Assembly (NCBI GenBank): GCA_965644295.1
Contig: CBFFRP010000147.1
Coordinates: 1 to 64,000, forward strand
Source of the DNA: Paraphysomonas bandaiensis
Lineage: Eukaryota; Protista; Chrysophyceae
Reading direction: 5' to 3'
DNA length: 64,000 nt
Under the pieces are notes generated by a model. The model made no database searches and was not told the DNA's origin. It saw nothing but the letters and a program-made list of their open reading frames with translations. The position numbers and the translations under genes were made by a program. Positions 51,515 through 62,724 of the stretch are shown one piece after another; the stretch's first letter is position 1, and every line of letters starts with the position of its first letter.

Positions 51515-51955
51515 TTATAGAGATGTGGAGGGCCTTTTGTCTTTGGGGTGAGCAGACGGAGGCCCACGCACCTGGGACGAATTCGGACGGCTAAACCCCT
51601 TACTCTCGCCAGAGAAGCGCTATCGATATTACACATATTAGAACAACAACATCTAACACTATTCCCTTACATATGGCCAGTGGTCATGATAGTTGCTCGC
51701 CCCGATACCGTCAAAACATGATGGGGGAAGATTTGGCCTCTCGCCATTGGAAACCACAGACGTCGGACTGTTGACGCGATATTCAGAAGGTATGTAGGGT
51801 CGTTCGGGGCTCAGGGAAGATATCGTCTTTCTATATCCATTTCCGTTTGAATATTTCTAACATAAACGTGAGTGTAAAGACAGAAGAAGAATGCCGAACA
51901 CACTCACCGTTTCCCAATTCTCTTTCCGCCGATCCCCAATACTCCAAACACTCAT
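51515..51955 (-). CDS. Unannotated 112-aa protein, 3 exons (51955-51908, 51856-51671, 51619-51515)
   Basis: Two 51-nt phase-0 introns (GTGAGT..TTAG, GTAAGG..ATAG) give MSVWSIGDRRKENWET-KYSNG...HDHWPY-RFSGE...RPSTSL*. Confidence 0.6.
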
Positions 51956-52468
51956 TTTGAGTTAGATATATCTCTGTTTGCGTATACTTTCAAATGATTT
52001 ATCTCACTTATATGGCAGTTAAGTGTTGTATGGTACCAGTTGGATAGAGGGGTGGTCGTATGCCTATGATACGCCCATGTCCAGGATGTCACACATGTCT
52101 GCTCTCCACCATATGGCCATCTGCGTATCTTAATCGCACCATCAGAGAGATTACAAAATTATCCAATCATACACTCGTATTGTCTGTTACGGGAATTTTA
52201 TTAGTTTTTGACAGTATGAGCTGTATTCGTCCAAATACATAGACGGACTAAAAAGCTCAACTACAATATCAGCACGACCACATACACCTACAGGCAGGAC
52301 CCGCGTTCCCGCCCAACACAGCAGAGTCTTCTTCTGCTGGATCATATTAATGTAGATACTTCCGACTACATCTTATGGTTATATTATGATTGCTGTAAAA
52401 GTATGAGCACATCTTTTCCTACTAATTACAGAGAGTTATGTGACCGGTGGGTTTAAACGCCAGTCATT

Positions 52469-54481
52469 ATGTTGCGTGTGTTGGACTCCAGCGCTGTCTC
52501 ATGTGGAAGGAATCAGCTGCAGGTGTTGAGCATGAGAGATATCGTCGGTAAGATATGCAGCTTTCTTGGACATCTTTCCGATATCACGAAGTTCAGTCTG
52601 CTCTCATCAGATATCAGTGGAAACATCACGCCTTTTATTAGCTACTACTTCTCGTTTGCTACAAGTGTGTGTGTGAACGACCATCACATGACAGCATCCT
52701 GTCTGCGTAAATACAGTGGGCTCTTTCCTAATGTTACTTCCCTTACAATCAAGCATAAAACATTAGGAATCATGGAAATTTTTTCCTGTTTTCGATTGTC
52801 ATCTCTACGTCATCTGTCTCTCATAGGTAGATCTGTATTCAGCATGCGTGACCTCCTTCAACTACCACCGCTTTCGCTATCAGTTCTTGATCTTACCAAA
52901 ACCAAGTTCCCATGGGAACGAATAGTAGGACTGTATCCTACGCGTATATCTATGCTTTGTGTAGCAATAGATATAGGCGATATCACTGGATTTTTGTCTT
53001 GCGGTATGTGGATGCGATGTGAGCGTCTGAATATAACAGTATCGTGCGGTCGTGGAGAAGGTGCACACCTCGTAGATGTTTTAGACCACCCTGTGTCTCT
53101 TTTCCGCAGCAGCAACACTCCTAGAGTAGAATTAACATTGCTTAACTCAAGGGTTATATTAATGTGGGTTGAGGTTGTGGAGAGAGTATTCACCAACTGC
53201 GGTACATGGACCATTACCACTCCAGCAGTCGCCCTGGATATAGTAACAGTGGCAGAAATTACACGCCGCCTGCCCTCTGTTGCAGTATCTTTTGTTGAAT
53301 GTGGGGAAGAAATACAAGTATCTGTCACGGGTCCTGGAACAACTAAAATGATACAAGAAACAGTACAGAAAGTTATGAGAGCAGTGCCTGACGTTATTCC
53401 GGCTTTCCCATCGGAGCGGCGATTTTTGTGTCTCCGTGACATGTTTATCAAATCAGATTGGTTGTCACTCGAACGACCGGAGCAAAACGATGAAATTCCT
53501 GTCAGAGTATGGAGAGATATAGTGAAAGAAGCTTTAAGTTCGCCATCTGTTTGTGGTGGTTGCATTTTCGCGGACAGTGCATTTGACTTGCTATCTTGTC
53601 CCAGTCATGATTGTGTTAGTCATTGGGATAATCTAACCGATGAATTGCGCCTCATATGTAGCCACCCCTATGGAGGAGCTTCTCTCACTGTTCCAACTTC
53701 CGCCATACATTTCCAGTACCTTTCGCGCTTGTATATTTCCTGCACATTGCCTATGAGTAATGGTTGCGTGGAAATATATGCGCCATGTCTGCGTGTATTT
53801 GAATGGAAAGTCGATACATCTACTTGTGCTTGGTGCAATGGGCACAGTATAAATTTAGATATACGGAAACGAAATTGTGATGTCACTGCTACGTTGGATA
53901 TGCCCAATTTTTTCATTGTGACCGGCGCGCTAGTCAGCATGCAAGTGTTTGGCCACCCTTTAGTTAAGAGCGTATCTGTTTGTTCGAGTACTGTTAGAAG
54001 CATTAGCCTCTCCCACTGTTGTGCCCTCAGTTGTGTGAGCATTGCTGGCTGTCCCTCGCTGAAGTCACTAGATGTTCTTGCGTGTGATGGACTGAGTCGT
54101 TTCCACGTAGAGGCTCGAACCTTACGTCTACTTAATCTCTCACTTCCGCACGCTAAAGATGTTTCATTGCACTGTGATCGCTTGTCCACACTTCATCTTC
54201 ATAGTCTTGCCATCCGCTGCGCTAGTATAATATCCACTCACCTTAGAGAGCTCGTGTTTTTGGATTGTACAGGCTTGTTTGAGCTCAGTGTTCGTGCTCC
54301 TATGCTGAAGATATTGGAAATTGACTCCTGTATTAATTTGAATGAAATTAAAATCACTAGATCGAGTCTATCGCAGCAAACAAAACGACGACTCCAATAC
54401 TTTTCACTGGAGCGTAATGTTGACATACTTTTTCACAACGATAGAAAGAAGTGTCGATTATTCAGTGCTATTGAGTCGTAG
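52469..54481 (+). CDS. F-box-like / leucine-rich-repeat protein, intronless, 670 aa
   Basis: N-terminal RDIVGKICSFL..LSDI..FSL; C-terminal Cys-containing LRR-like repeats (GCPSLKSLDV, DCTGLFEL, APMLKILEIDSCINL). Confidence 0.7.
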   Translation: MLRVLDSSAVSCGRNQLQVLSMRDIVGKICSFLGHLSDITKFSLLSSDISGNITPFISYYFSFATSVCVNDHHMTASCLRKYSGLFPNVTSLTIKHKTLGIMEIFSCFRLSSLRHLSLIGRSVFSMRDLLQLPPLSLSVLDLTKTKFPWERIVGLYPTRISMLCVAIDIGDITGFLSCGMWMRCERLNITVSCGRGEGAHLVDVLDHPVSLFRSSNTPRVELTLLNSRVILMWVEVVERVFTNCGTWTITTPAVALDIVTVAEITRRLPSVAVSFVECGEEIQVSVTGPGTTKMIQETVQKVMRAVPDVIPAFPSERRFLCLRDMFIKSDWLSLERPEQNDEIPVRVWRDIVKEALSSPSVCGGCIFADSAFDLLSCPSHDCVSHWDNLTDELRLICSHPYGGASLTVPTSAIHFQYLSRLYISCTLPMSNGCVEIYAPCLRVFEWKVDTSTCAWCNGHSINLDIRKRNCDVTATLDMPNFFIVTGALVSMQVFGHPLVKSVSVCSSTVRSISLSHCCALSCVSIAGCPSLKSLDVLACDGLSRFHVEARTLRLLNLSLPHAKDVSLHCDRLSTLHLHSLAIRCASIISTHLRELVFLDCTGLFELSVRAPMLKILEIDSCINLNEIKITRSSLSQQTKRRLQYFSLERNVDILFHNDRKKCRLFSAIES

Positions 54482-54825
54482 TATGTTATATATAATCTAT
54501 ATTCGGTTACAGCTGAATTCATAAAGAGCTTTCTATTTTACTGTATAAATGCATATTATCTAATGATATGCGACAACTATATCTATGCATTTACTATATT
54601 GCTGTTCTTATTATGACGCACATATATTCTTATAATAGGAATCAAGATTTCCCCACCATCCGAGGGTGGGCCTAGTGTAGACCTTGTGAGCGAACAGTAT
54701 GTCTTACTATGGCAATAAAGTCTTAGTATCTGAGTGTAGTTGTATTTAGCCACTGGGGTAATAAGGAGAGCGAAAAGCCCGAGTTTTAAAATTTAGACAA
54801 TGGGCAATACCCCTTGCCAGCTTAT

Positions 54826-54901
54826 GAGGGCCTGGTAACCGTTAACTGTAATATTATAATATGGCATTGGGTCATTAATGGTTACCAGTTACCAGGCCCT
54901 A
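54826..54901. mobile_element. Copy of the 75-bp mini-MITE family (another partial copy at 43030-43098)
   Basis: AGGGCCTGGTAAC...GTTACCAGGCCCT inverted termini. Confidence 0.7.
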
Positions 54902-55081
54902 CGCCTAATCCCAAGGTTAAATTGTAGTTTTGTAGGAATAAGTATCATATTGAAAGCCTAGTATATCTAGAATGTATAGCTATATGCAGCTGGCTTTCTG
55001 CTAAACTAAATAAGTGCTCCCTGATTAAAATTAAGAAACTAAATAAAAGTCAAAATATTGCTTCTAATCTACGGGATGTAT

Positions 55082-55847
55082 CAGGGATAGGGAACAATAT
55101 ATATATTGTATTGCAATATATTGAAAAATATATTGATTGGTGGACTGGTCAAATATTCCATCAATATTGTTTCTCTTAAAAGAGCTCACAATACTATGAT
55201 TGTCATATTATATAAGAGAAGATACTTAACTGTAGGGTAAAAAATATAAGTCCATGTATATAAATATCCGTTCCGACAGTGATTATTGCAACAATACAAC
55301 AGAGGATGATGAAGCTGAAGTTGGATATGAGGAAAAAATTCTTCAATCAGCTCAAAAACTTAAGAAACGGAAAGTTGAAATATCTAAGTACAGGTGCACG
55401 AGTCATGTAGTATGTACTTCCAATACATGTGAACGCCTGTTCAGCGCAGCAAAACTGATTAGATCAGTGTTGCGCAAACGTATGCATCCTACTACACTTA
55501 ATATGCTGTTGTTTCTGAAAGCTAACCGACAGTTGTGGCAGGATGCAAGCATATTTCAATCAATATTGCATGAATATGGTGATGAGGATGTCACCGATGT
55601 TGGCTCAGAGGATGAGTATGAGGAAACTTTTAATTAGTTAAGAGTAGTGGGTTTGATTATTAAGTGACCTTAGACCTTATAATGACAAGTACTAAAAATG
55701 GAAACTACGGATGTGTTTACTAACTGATTAGTCTAATATATGGCAATATATTGAAATAGTATTGTAGGGCCGGTTTAAAAAATCCATCAATACTATTGAT
55801 GGAACGCTATCTAACAATAGTATTGCAATATATTGTTCCCTATCCCC
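55082..55847 (+). mobile_element. Internally deleted hAT DNA transposon (766 bp) retaining the C-terminal dimerisation region (ORF 55254-55637)
   Basis: TIR core GGGATAGGGAACAATATAT at both ends; 8-bp TSD GGATGTAT (55074-55081, 55848-55855); TSNTCERLFS...R.RM....LNMLLFLKAN. Confidence 0.88.
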
Positions 55848-57552
55848 GGATGTATACATCCTGCTAGTGCAACCGAACCGAATGCTAGGAATATGATATG
55901 GGGCACATAATTCTGATAAGCATGGTGTGTCCCTAGCCCTGAAATGGCTGCGTGTCACTGCTCCTAACTCCTAAGTACCTTTATCATCGGATGTGGCATT
56001 AGAACGCACGCATTGAAATTGCTTCGAAGTCGGGGTTATAAATATAGATCACTTGTACTTCCAACATTATAATCCTATACATCAGACGAAGGATGGAGTA
56101 TAACTTGCAGTGTTTGATGATCTGATTTCTCTAAAAAAATTATTTCCTAAATATTTAACGCTATCTTATTTAAATTAAAAATGTATATCCAGACATACAC
56201 ACGCTATTGCACTGTTAAGCTCCTAGTAAGATGGACGATATATTTATATTTATATACAACAGCACACTATATTTATTACCTTTATTCACATTTCTATGTC
56301 GTTATTTCTTAACAAACATACACCCACAATGTAATATAAGAGCTTAATATATGCGAACTTTGCTTTGGTGCAATGCCAAGATGACAATGTAACACACGAA
56401 TCACATATGACTGTCAATATCACAATTAAGATAAAGAAGTTTCTGTTCGAACCGAATATTGAAGTTAAATGTTACACGAGGGCTCTCTTATTTACCAGAT
56501 ACTAATATGAGCGTTCTGTTGAACCCAATTCAGGTCGAAACACTTTTTGAGACAAAATGAGGATACATATATTATCAGGCAGACGACGGAAGAAATACAC
56601 TTGCGTTGATAACATATTGAATACTTAGATACAGCTCCGCTCTTTACAGTCGTGCTTAATAAAACTCCCAGTATCGTCGTACTTATAAACAACTTGACAT
56701 TTTACATTCATGCTAAAAGGAAGCGCATTTTTCTTCTCCTTGGTGAGTGTTGAGGTTTTTGTTAACGCACTACTGGCTCAAATACAATGAAGTACTATAC
56801 ACTACGGTTTTTACGGGTATTCCGCATCCTGAACCAAGCGGGCTACAAGAGATTCCTTTACATGTATATGATAATTGGTTCTTGTGATTAGGTTTACACT
56901 GCAGTAGTGATACAATAACAGCACTAATAACAGTGATGTGATGCCAAGAGCGATCATTTCTTATTAGTGAGTTGTACTTTATGAAGCACTCTGCTTGGGC
57001 TTCAATGTCAGTGCTATCTACGCTGTCCCTCTATGCTTCTACTGATTGTGTGTCGTGCCATGTCCTGTTTTTGACTACACTTTACTGACATCCAACTGAC
57101 GATAGTGTCACAGTTCATTGCTGACAGAGCAGTGCATGTCTATAGAGTCGGCAAGTGCTCATAATATCTACACAGAGTGTGGATACTGCATATGATATCA
57201 ACAGGTTGGCATTGTACCAATAGCGAAACACTACGACTAAACTGACGTAAATGATTGGACACTTCCAGGGCTTCTTATATGATAGTAGACGAATACCGCA
57301 CTGTATTTCAGAGTATTACTGTATCAATATTCTCGAATATCTCGATCGAAACTTGATTTGCGGCCACAAACGCACCAGTGCAGAGTAGTATACGAGGCAA
57401 TACACACAGTACACCGCCGCGTATTGCAGAGACGGCCTGTGAAGTGAGAGTTTTTGAAGTGTGATCGACTCATAGTTTCGAAGTGAAGTCGAAGTGGTAG
57501 AAGTATCACATACACACATACACATACACACATACAGTATACATCAGTAACT

Positions 57553-60191
57553 ATGATTCGAGTTGTGTCGAGAGGCGCCCGCAGATTTCATCTCAATCGG
57601 AGAATACCCACAGCAGCAGTCCCAGCAATCGGTTGTGGTCTGTCTAGTGCTGTCCAGGGCCCCCGAATGAGACTCTTCTGCACAGCTGAGACTCCCGCCC
57701 CTGAAGACGTTAAGAAATATGAGTTTCAGGCAGAGACAAGAAAGCTGCTCGATATTGTCACGCACTCCATATACACCGACAAAGAAGTCTTCCTCAGAGA
57801 GCTCATCTCTAACGCTGCTGACTCTCTGGAGAAGTTCAGATACCTGCAGGCGACAGGACAGGCCGCCTCTGCGGATGAGTCTCCTTTGGAGATATCGATA
57901 TCAGTTGACACCGCTAATAACATCCTCACAATATCAGATAATGGTGTGGGAATGTCAAAAGATGAGTTGATTTCGAACCTCGGAACCATCGCTCGCTCGG
58001 GATCAAAGCAGTTCGTTGAGAAGCTGAAGAATGCTGGATCCAGCCGTGAGAGCGAAAGCATAATCGGACAGTTTGGTGTGGGGTTTTACTCTTCATTCAT
58101 GGTCTCGGACACTGTCTCTGTCGAGTCACTATCAGCTGAGAATTCCGAAAGTGGCGGAAACACCTGGAGCTCAGACGGATCTGGAAATTTCACTGTCTCA
58201 CCCGCCAGCGAGGCAAAAAGGGGCTCCAAAATATCCCTGCATCTAAAGGACTCTTGTAAAGAATATGCTGACCCAAAGAGAATTAAAGAAATAATCAAGA
58301 AATATAGCAACTTTGTGTCCTTCCCAATTAAGGTGGACGATATTGAGGTGAACACAGTGTCCGCGATATGGACCCAGGACAAGAACTCTGTCACAGAGAC
58401 CCAGTACAACGACTTCTATAAGTATGTGGCCAATGCATTTGACAAGCCGAAGTATACACTCCATTTTAAGACCGATGCCCCCATCGATCTTAAGGCCTTG
58501 CTGTTCTTCCCCATGCTACACTCTGAAAAGTTCGGGATGGGCAGGATGGAGCCAGGTGCTTTGTTATATATTTACTTTTTATTAGTGCTGATAATATCAT
58601 TCGTATGGAGCAGGTGTAAACCTTTACTCTCGTAAGATTGTGATTGAGAACAAGCCTAAGGATCTTCTTCCACAATGGCTGAGGTATACTCACTATTGTG
58701 CTATAGTACCACATGCACCTGTCACGTGAACCCATATTGACTACTATGCCTAGTACTTGCTTGAAATTATGAATTGCTTGCTGATTCTGCCACTTTGGGT
58801 TACAGGTTCATGAAGGGCGTTGTCGACTCAGAGGACCTTCCTCTCAGCATTGCCCGTGAGAAAGCCCAGGACACATTGTTGCTAAAGAAGATTAACGACG
58901 TCCTAACTCGCAAGGTAATACTGCCCGTATAATCAAACTTGTAATAATACGGATGCTTTCAGATTATTAGGTTTCTTGGGGAGAAACAAAAGCGTGAACC
59001 AGAGAAATACACTGAGTGGTACAAAGAATTCAACATGTTCCTTAAAGAAGGTATTCAATAACGAACGTCATCCTTCAACTATGTTATATATTATACCTGT
59101 GTATATGCGGAGTATACTGTCTTATTATAATGAAGTTTGAACTATTGTTGTGTTTAGGTATCTGCATGGACCAACAATACCAAGACCAGTTATCGAAACT
59201 GCTGATGTTCGAGACTTCTGTGGGTATGGAGGGTGACCTAATCACCCTTGACGAATACGCTTCTAGATGCCCTCCCGAACAGAAGAATATCTATTATCTC
59301 ATCGCTCCCGATAGACGAACTGCTTTTGCTTCGCCATACTATGAGACCTTCAAGAAGCACAACAAGGAGGTGTGTGCTCCTCATTTATATCTTTTTTACA
59401 TATCCCTTTTTCGACCTGAAAATTTGTTGATGCTGCTTATTCGAGTGTGATCGCTTCATGTTGCAGGTCTTATTCCTGTACAATTCCATCGACGACTTTG
59501 TCATGTCTAATCTCAAGAGCTATAATGGCCGTGCTCTTAAGTCTGCTGAGGATGCAAGCATTAAACTTGATGAAGAATTATCTGAGGAGGAAAAGAAGGA
59601 AGTGGAAGAGAGCAAGGACAAGGAAGATGGCGAAAAGAGTGATAGCAGCGGTGCTAGTCTCTCGGAAGAGGACACCACCAAGTTTTGTGATTGGCTAAAG
59701 ACTACTCTGGGAACTCGTGTTCGTGAAGTGAAGGTGTGGTCATGTGCACGACGAGCTTCTTTTGCATACTCTAAAGCAAGTTGTGTGTAGGTGACCCATC
59801 GTCTATCTGAGTCGCCTGCGATCATAACGGATCATGAAAGTGGCGCAGTTAGAAGAATGATGAAGATGGTGGTAAGTAAACATTCTGTTGTATTGATGTC
59901 GTGCGTATATTACAGTGCCAAAAGATCATATTTCATGATGTTCGTGTTCAGGATCAAGCAAATTTGGGGGCAGCCAGTACCCTTCCGCCCCAGATTCTGC
60001 ACATCAACCCGAAACATCCGATTATTGTGCGTCTAGCAACAGCGAAAGACAGTAACCCCAACTTGGCAGGAATGGTTGCTGAGCAGGTCCTTGACAATGC
60101 TCTAGTTGCTGCTGGCCTCCTAGATGATGTCAGAGGAATGGTGCCACGGCTTAATGATATAATATCACAAGCACTAGACAAGGAAGTGTAG
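57553..60191 (+). CDS. TRAP1: Mitochondrial Hsp90 (TRAP1/Hsp75), multi-exon
   Basis: Arg-rich transit-like peptide; FQAETRKLLDIV, FLRELISNAAD, NLGTIARSGS, IGQFGVGFYS, GVVDSEDLPL, HINPKHP; no MEEVD tail. Confidence 0.93.
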
Positions 60192-60469
60192 TTTCTTTGA
60201 TCTGTAATAAGTACTGCAGGTTATTTAGATTTGATGTGCTTGTGTCTTGTGTACGGTAATGCGCATTTAGAAACCACTATTTTTAGAGAAAACCAACTAA
60301 AAGGAGCAGTAACAGAATATACAAGACTACAATATAGGAGTAGGTATTAGCTATTAAAAGTATACAAAGAAACTGTAAATATAGTAGCTGTTAAAGATAT
60401 GATTTGTAGAACAGAATGTTGGTATTGGTGATTGATGTGTCTCCACAATCACGTAGCTATAATAAATTT

Positions 60470-60581
60470 GCAATATATTGTAATTGTATTGTTTGGTCTA
60501 TTTCAAATCTCCATCAATAGTATTGATGGAACGCTATATCTAACAATAGTATAATATTCCAATATATTGTTTCCTAGCCCT
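60470..60581 (+). mobile_element. Right-end fragment related to the hAT at 55082
   Basis: TCCATCAATAGTATTGATGGAACGCTAT...AATATATTGTTTCCTAGCCCTG resembles 55783-55847. Confidence 0.6.
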
Positions 60582-61304
60582 GGCTCTAACCCTAATTTTT
60601 CACCATATTTCTCTTAGCGTAATTCAATCAGTACTGTGCTACTACAAGTATAATTTAATAGTTTTAGAAACGTACCAACTTCTGGCTTCTGACACTAGAG
60701 TGGTGAATAATTCAAGTGACTGAACTTGAAACTTGAACACACTTAATATTTAATATAGTTATATTTAGTCATTAGCCACAGGGCATTAGAAGTCTCATGG
60801 TCTCATGGTCTCATGTCTCATGTATCAGTCATATAAAAACGGTCACACAACGTTTTCAGATTATTTCTGCAATAATGTTAGGATCATCACACACAAGTAC
60901 AATGTCAACATATAATAGCGGGAAGGATATATACGATGATGCCGGCACCACCATATTATCAACAACATGTAAAAATGGAATCTTCTCCTCCAAATAATGT
61001 TCCTCCAGCAATTACAAGCACTCTGTTTGCAACAATCAAACCCTTGCGCACCATCACTCTTGTGATTTTGAACATGAAATAGAAATTCCACTAGGCGCCA
61101 TTTATCAGATGTTGAATTTCTTCACTGAGCGAGCATTGGGGTCAGATTTTACTATATAATTTGTCATAATACTTTTCTCCCAAGGATTAATACACTCATC
61201 AATATTTTGGAGTCTCCCATCCATGCTCTATATCCTTTCTTTGATAGGAACAAATCAATAAAGTATCATTCCTGTACCTTCTCCTGTCAGTCCTGCCCCC
61301 GGTC

Positions 61305-61660
61305 GCTACGGAAGCTGCTTGTGCGTCGCCGCAAGCACCAAGGTGCAACCAATCCGTTCTGAGTTCTTAAGGTGAACATCCCGGATGCTTGACTTCAGCA
61401 GGCAGCCCAATATCCCGGTTACCCTTCAGGTGGGCCCTGCCCCGGATGCCTGTTTCTTTGTCAGGGCCCAAAGACGTCTACACAAGTGACACTTATTGGT
61501 GTTCCTTGTTCCTTATACTACACAAGCATTCGGCTATGAGTGGGCAGAAGAATATCTGCTGACTATGCTTGCGGCTCACGTTAGTTTCCCAGAGAGAATC
61601 TCTCCGGTACTTATCCCCCAGAACACCACGAAAAGGTGCGAGTCCGACTTTATTGAGGGA
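61305..61660 (-). mobile_element. Family S copy with intact 5' end, 3' end missing
   Basis: CGCTACGGAAGCTGC...GAGTCCGACTTTATTGAGGGA. Confidence 0.8.
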
Positions 61661-61760
61661 GTTACTTATTATACATACATGAAACATAACCCTAACCCTA
61701 ACCCTAATTCGCGCCAGTGAGTCCTAAGACACACGAGCAGGGCGAACTCACAAACAACAT

Positions 61761-62280
61761 TAAGAACGGAAGTGGTTGCACCTTGGTGCTTTCGGCGACG
61801 CACAAGCAGCTTCTGTAGCGCTAAATAGTAGGATAATAGAATTTGTGCTGATTAGTTATGTATTGAACTACAACCAACTCCTACGTGCGTACTTGAAGTT
61901 TGGTAAAGCCAATCGCTAGTAGTTATCCTGTATTCTATGTAGCAATGAAATACAGAATATACATGATTACAGTATAGGAGTAGCTATTACAAGTATACAA
62001 AGAAACTGAAAATATAGTAGCTGTTAAAGATATGATTTGTAGAACAGAATGTTGATGTTGGTGAATGACGTGGTTCCTAACTCACAGTGCTACAACATCA
62101 TAAACTTACTATATCTCCTATGATATCAATCAGTCAATGCATACTGCACTAACTAAAACCTTAAATTAATATTATGGGTATAGGTCTAACTAGTAGATCT
62201 AGCATTCAACTAGCCACTATATCGGAACGAGTTTTTAATTTTTAACGCCTATTGCTAAATAAAAAGACTTTCAATATATA
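61761..62280 (+). mobile_element. 5'-truncated family S copy split by a ~315-bp insertion
   Basis: Pieces ~61761-61860 and ~62178-62280 end in AATAAAAAGACTTTCAATATATA; the insert contains a ~100-bp duplicate of 60335-60440. Confidence 0.65.
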
Positions 62281-62724
62281 ATATTATATTATTGTGAAAT
62301 AACTTTATAATAACAATATTGGTGGGTTGTTATAGCTGATAGCTGACCGATCACAATTTTTTACCATAAAATATATATAATATATTGTTTATACTGCTGG
62401 AAAATTGTATACAGGCTCTATATTTAATATTTATAGTTAGCTGTGCCATACTATCAACTTACTCTAAAGAGTGTAGACTTGATTGTAATTATGATAGTGA
62501 ATTTAATTGCAAGCTTCATATTAATTTAATGTCATTATTAGTTGATGCTATACTAATCATGTACCTTTTTCTTGCTAGGTCTCATCTGTCGTTTAAGAGT
62601 TTAATGTCGTAATAAGCATACCACCTATTTACTTGACATAGCAGATATCAAATTGTTCAAACACCCGCTTGGATATCTACAGATGTATAGTACGACAATA
62701 TAAGTAGTGGTGTATATTTCCTGT

